Shown piece by piece: positions 61,790 to 64,000 of a stretch of DNA of 64,000 bases (its first letter is position 1; each line of letters begins with the position of its first letter). Below the pieces are notes generated by a model, which was given only the letters and a program-made list of their open reading frames with translations, was not told the origin of the DNA and made no database searches. The translations under genes were made by a program, and so were the position numbers. This DNA comes from Selaginella moellendorffii. Its lineage: Eukaryota > Plantae > Lycopodiophyta. The DNA is taken from assembly GCF_000143415.4 (NCBI RefSeq), contig NW_003314321.1:382236-446235 (forward strand). Direction: 5' to 3'.

Positions 61790-63010
61790 TGAAGTTGTTG
61801 TCAGAGCCGTTGCAATCTTCGCACCAACGAGTGCATTATTCTTCACGAGCTGGATATCTGTCAATTGTAGCAAAGAAAAACTACCAAAGGAGGACTACCA
61901 AACAAAAGGATACTTGCAGCCAATGAATCGCCCCCAGTGAGCTCGTTGACGCGCTTGAGCAAGAATGGCGTCACAGAATTACTAGCAATACCTCTGCTCC
62001 TATAAAAAAAACACGTAGGAATACCAAGAGCGAAGTCACTGAGACGTACTCTGCTTCATGCAATGCCGATTGTGTGGCCGAGTCCACGTTCTTAGCTGCC
62101 GCTGCATGCTCTGCGGGTGCCCGATCAAAATGCCTGAACCCAATCCAAACTTCGTGTTTGCCTCTGCAGTGTCAAGCTAGAATCGATAACCACGATGGCT
62201 AGAGCTTACCTATGATGTCTGCGCATTCCTCCACACTGTCTGCTCGGCAAGGTGCTTTGCAGCCACTGTTAGGAGTAAAAAATGCTGGAAATTCATCAAT
62301 TGAGTAGCTAACAACCGTCACTCCTTGAGTTTCCTGCAAATTGTTTCATAGTAAAACACTCGTGCGCTATACGATGGTCTTACCAGGTATTCAAGTGTTC
62401 GTGGAATGTCAAGGATTGATTTTACCCCTGCACAAACCATCGCAACAGGAGTTTTACCCAGTTCTGTCAAGTACGAGGACACGTCCATAGCTTAATAGAA
62501 ACAAAGTTAAAGACACAAAAGTATAGAAGATTGGGCTTACTTGACGCCTTGTCGATGAACTCCTCCCATACCTCCACTTACGAATACTTTGATTCCCCAA
62601 AGGCTCCTCTTTTTTCCAATGTAGAAACTACCTTTGAAGCAAAAAACATTGTTGCTGAAACAGTGGTTGCTCCGTTTCCTCCACGAGCGAGCTGCGTAGA
62701 AAAACACTAACTGTGGAGAACAAGAGAAAAAAGAGCTTACGACGTAAGGAATGTCGTGGCTGGCCGTCTTTGAAACCGATGTTCAAGCTCAGCCACGTGT
62801 TAGAGCATTAAAAAAACAAAAAGCATACCATCGTCTAAATGGCTATGGTTGCCGGCACAGCGTTCGCTCTCACAATCTTGAGCTGTATGGAATTTTTTAC
62901 GGTAAGGCATTCCTGGCAACAAGCAAGAAAATCACTCGAATGGAAGTCTGGAGGAAATAAAGAGCGCGATGCCATGCGATATAATGGTGGATTCGAAAGA
63001 GCAGAAATTG
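61790..63010 (-). pseudogene. Pseudouridine-5'-phosphate glycosidase (PsuG/PUMY) pseudogene
   Basis: Exon remnants ESTIISHG|[71 protein letters not shown]. Frameshifting deletions near 62870, 62836 and 62120; no intact 5' end seen. Confidence 0.8.
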
Positions 63011-63115
63011 TAAAGCCCTAAACCAGTTTTCGCAATGAACAAGCTCGGAAGAAAAGGTGACTTATGTGGCCTTTAAAGTTAAAAGCAGAATGGCATTTTC
63101 TTGCAAGAGAAAAGG

Positions 63116-64000
63116 GAGATGGAGATGAACGCAAAGACGATGGAGATATTGTTCCCCAATCTGCTAGACAAGTTCCAGGTAACAAAGACTATAGGACTGG
63201 GTGGATTCTCGAGGGTGCTTGAGGTGATCCGTTTGAGAGATGGGAAACACTTTGCGTGCAAGACGAACAGCATGATGGGTGACGATAAGCTCATACTGCA
63301 AGAGCTCAAGATCATGGCCCAACTGAGGCACGACCCAGGCGTGGTTCGTCTCATCGGCATTGTGTGTGACTTGGGTTTCTGCCATATCATAATGGAGCTG
63401 TGCGAAGGAACACTCCTCTTGTGGCGGATTTTGGCCTCTCCTGGTAAAAGGGGCAGGAAAAGGGGGTGTTGATGTGCGGTGGAACTGTGCGGTACATGCC
63501 CCCTGGTGAAAGGCTTTGTAAGCTCTTGAGTTTGGACTTCCCGGGAGGTCACCCAAACCAGTATTATTTAAGCTCAAAGACACTTAACCCCAAATATCCC
63601 AAGACCCTTAACCAATTGGAAAAAGGGGTGCATTCTTTTTCATAGGCCCTTTCCCTTTATATTTGAACCCCATGAATCGTCTCTCGAATTGTTCCTTTTG
63701 GTTGCTTATAGGCTTAAGGAATCTTGTGATATTTGGGCATTGGGCGTGACTTTGTACGAGATGCTCACAGGAAAGATTGCATATGAGGAGCTTCAAACAC
63801 CACAGGTTCTCCTTATTCTCTTCGACTGGTCGAGGGTTCCAGTGTTAGCCAAGGATTTGATGCTGGGGATGCTAAATCTGGACAAGAAAAAAAGATTGAC
63901 GGCAGCCCAGATCTTGGAACATCCATGGATCAAGCGAATCACTCAAAATTACAATAGGCCAGCCCCAGAAACAAAGGTGGAAGTCGAAGCAAAACAAGAT
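63116..64000 (+). pseudogene. Ser/Thr (CAMK/CDPK-like) protein kinase pseudogene, disrupted by a solo LTR; runs off the window
   Basis: IGLGGFSRV, FACK, IIMELCEG, then a jump to VADFGL (HRD region deleted), GTVRYMPP, [LTR], CDIWALGVTLYEMLTG, RLTAAQILEHPWI. Confidence 0.85.
63517..63710 (-). mobile_element. Cassandra-like solo LTR inserted in the kinase pseudogene
   Basis: 194-bp TGTAAGC..GCTTATA with GGACTTCCCGGGAGGTCACCCA 5S-like core. TSD GGCTT at 63512-63516 and 63711-63715. Confidence 0.93.

Noticed and set aside
61790-64000. psuG/psuK-like pseudouridine catabolism gene pair
   Set aside because: The adjacent kinase is a eukaryotic Ser/Thr protein kinase, not a PfkB-family pseudouridine kinase, and both are disrupted.

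Overview
This is eukaryotic land-plant nuclear DNA. It is gene-dense, with many ~50-70 nt introns, GC-rich exons and a DYW-type PPR gene, which suggests the lycophyte Selaginella (an inference, not verified). Housekeeping genes: KCS, two tandem GH27 alpha-galactosidases, parvulin PIN4, a PPR-DYW editing factor, PAP2/LPP-epsilon-like phosphatases, pyruvate kinase, LHCA1, UGT80 sterol glucosyltransferase, an LRR-III receptor pseudokinase, a P-class PPR, CDKA, a renalase-like oxidoreductase, beta-tubulin, tRNA-Gln(CTG) and XTH. These are interrupted by AT-rich, CpG-poor repeat zones (~1.2-14.5 kb and ~44-50.5 kb). Two signals stand out. (1) A miniature LTR retrotransposon family (TRIM) occurs at least seven times. 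Its ~190-bp LTRs carry a 56-nt 5S rRNA-like A-box/IE/C-box segment, and it has a tRNA-iMet PBS and 5-bp TSDs, so it is Cassandra-like. It is present as full elements, solo LTRs and nested insertions. (2) Three intronless, AT-rich genes encode a secreted protein with an unrecognised N-terminal domain (possibly a KP4 killer-toxin-like fold) fused to a GNA/B-type mannose-binding lectin. Two copies arose in a local segmental duplication and stayed intact while their neighbours decayed.
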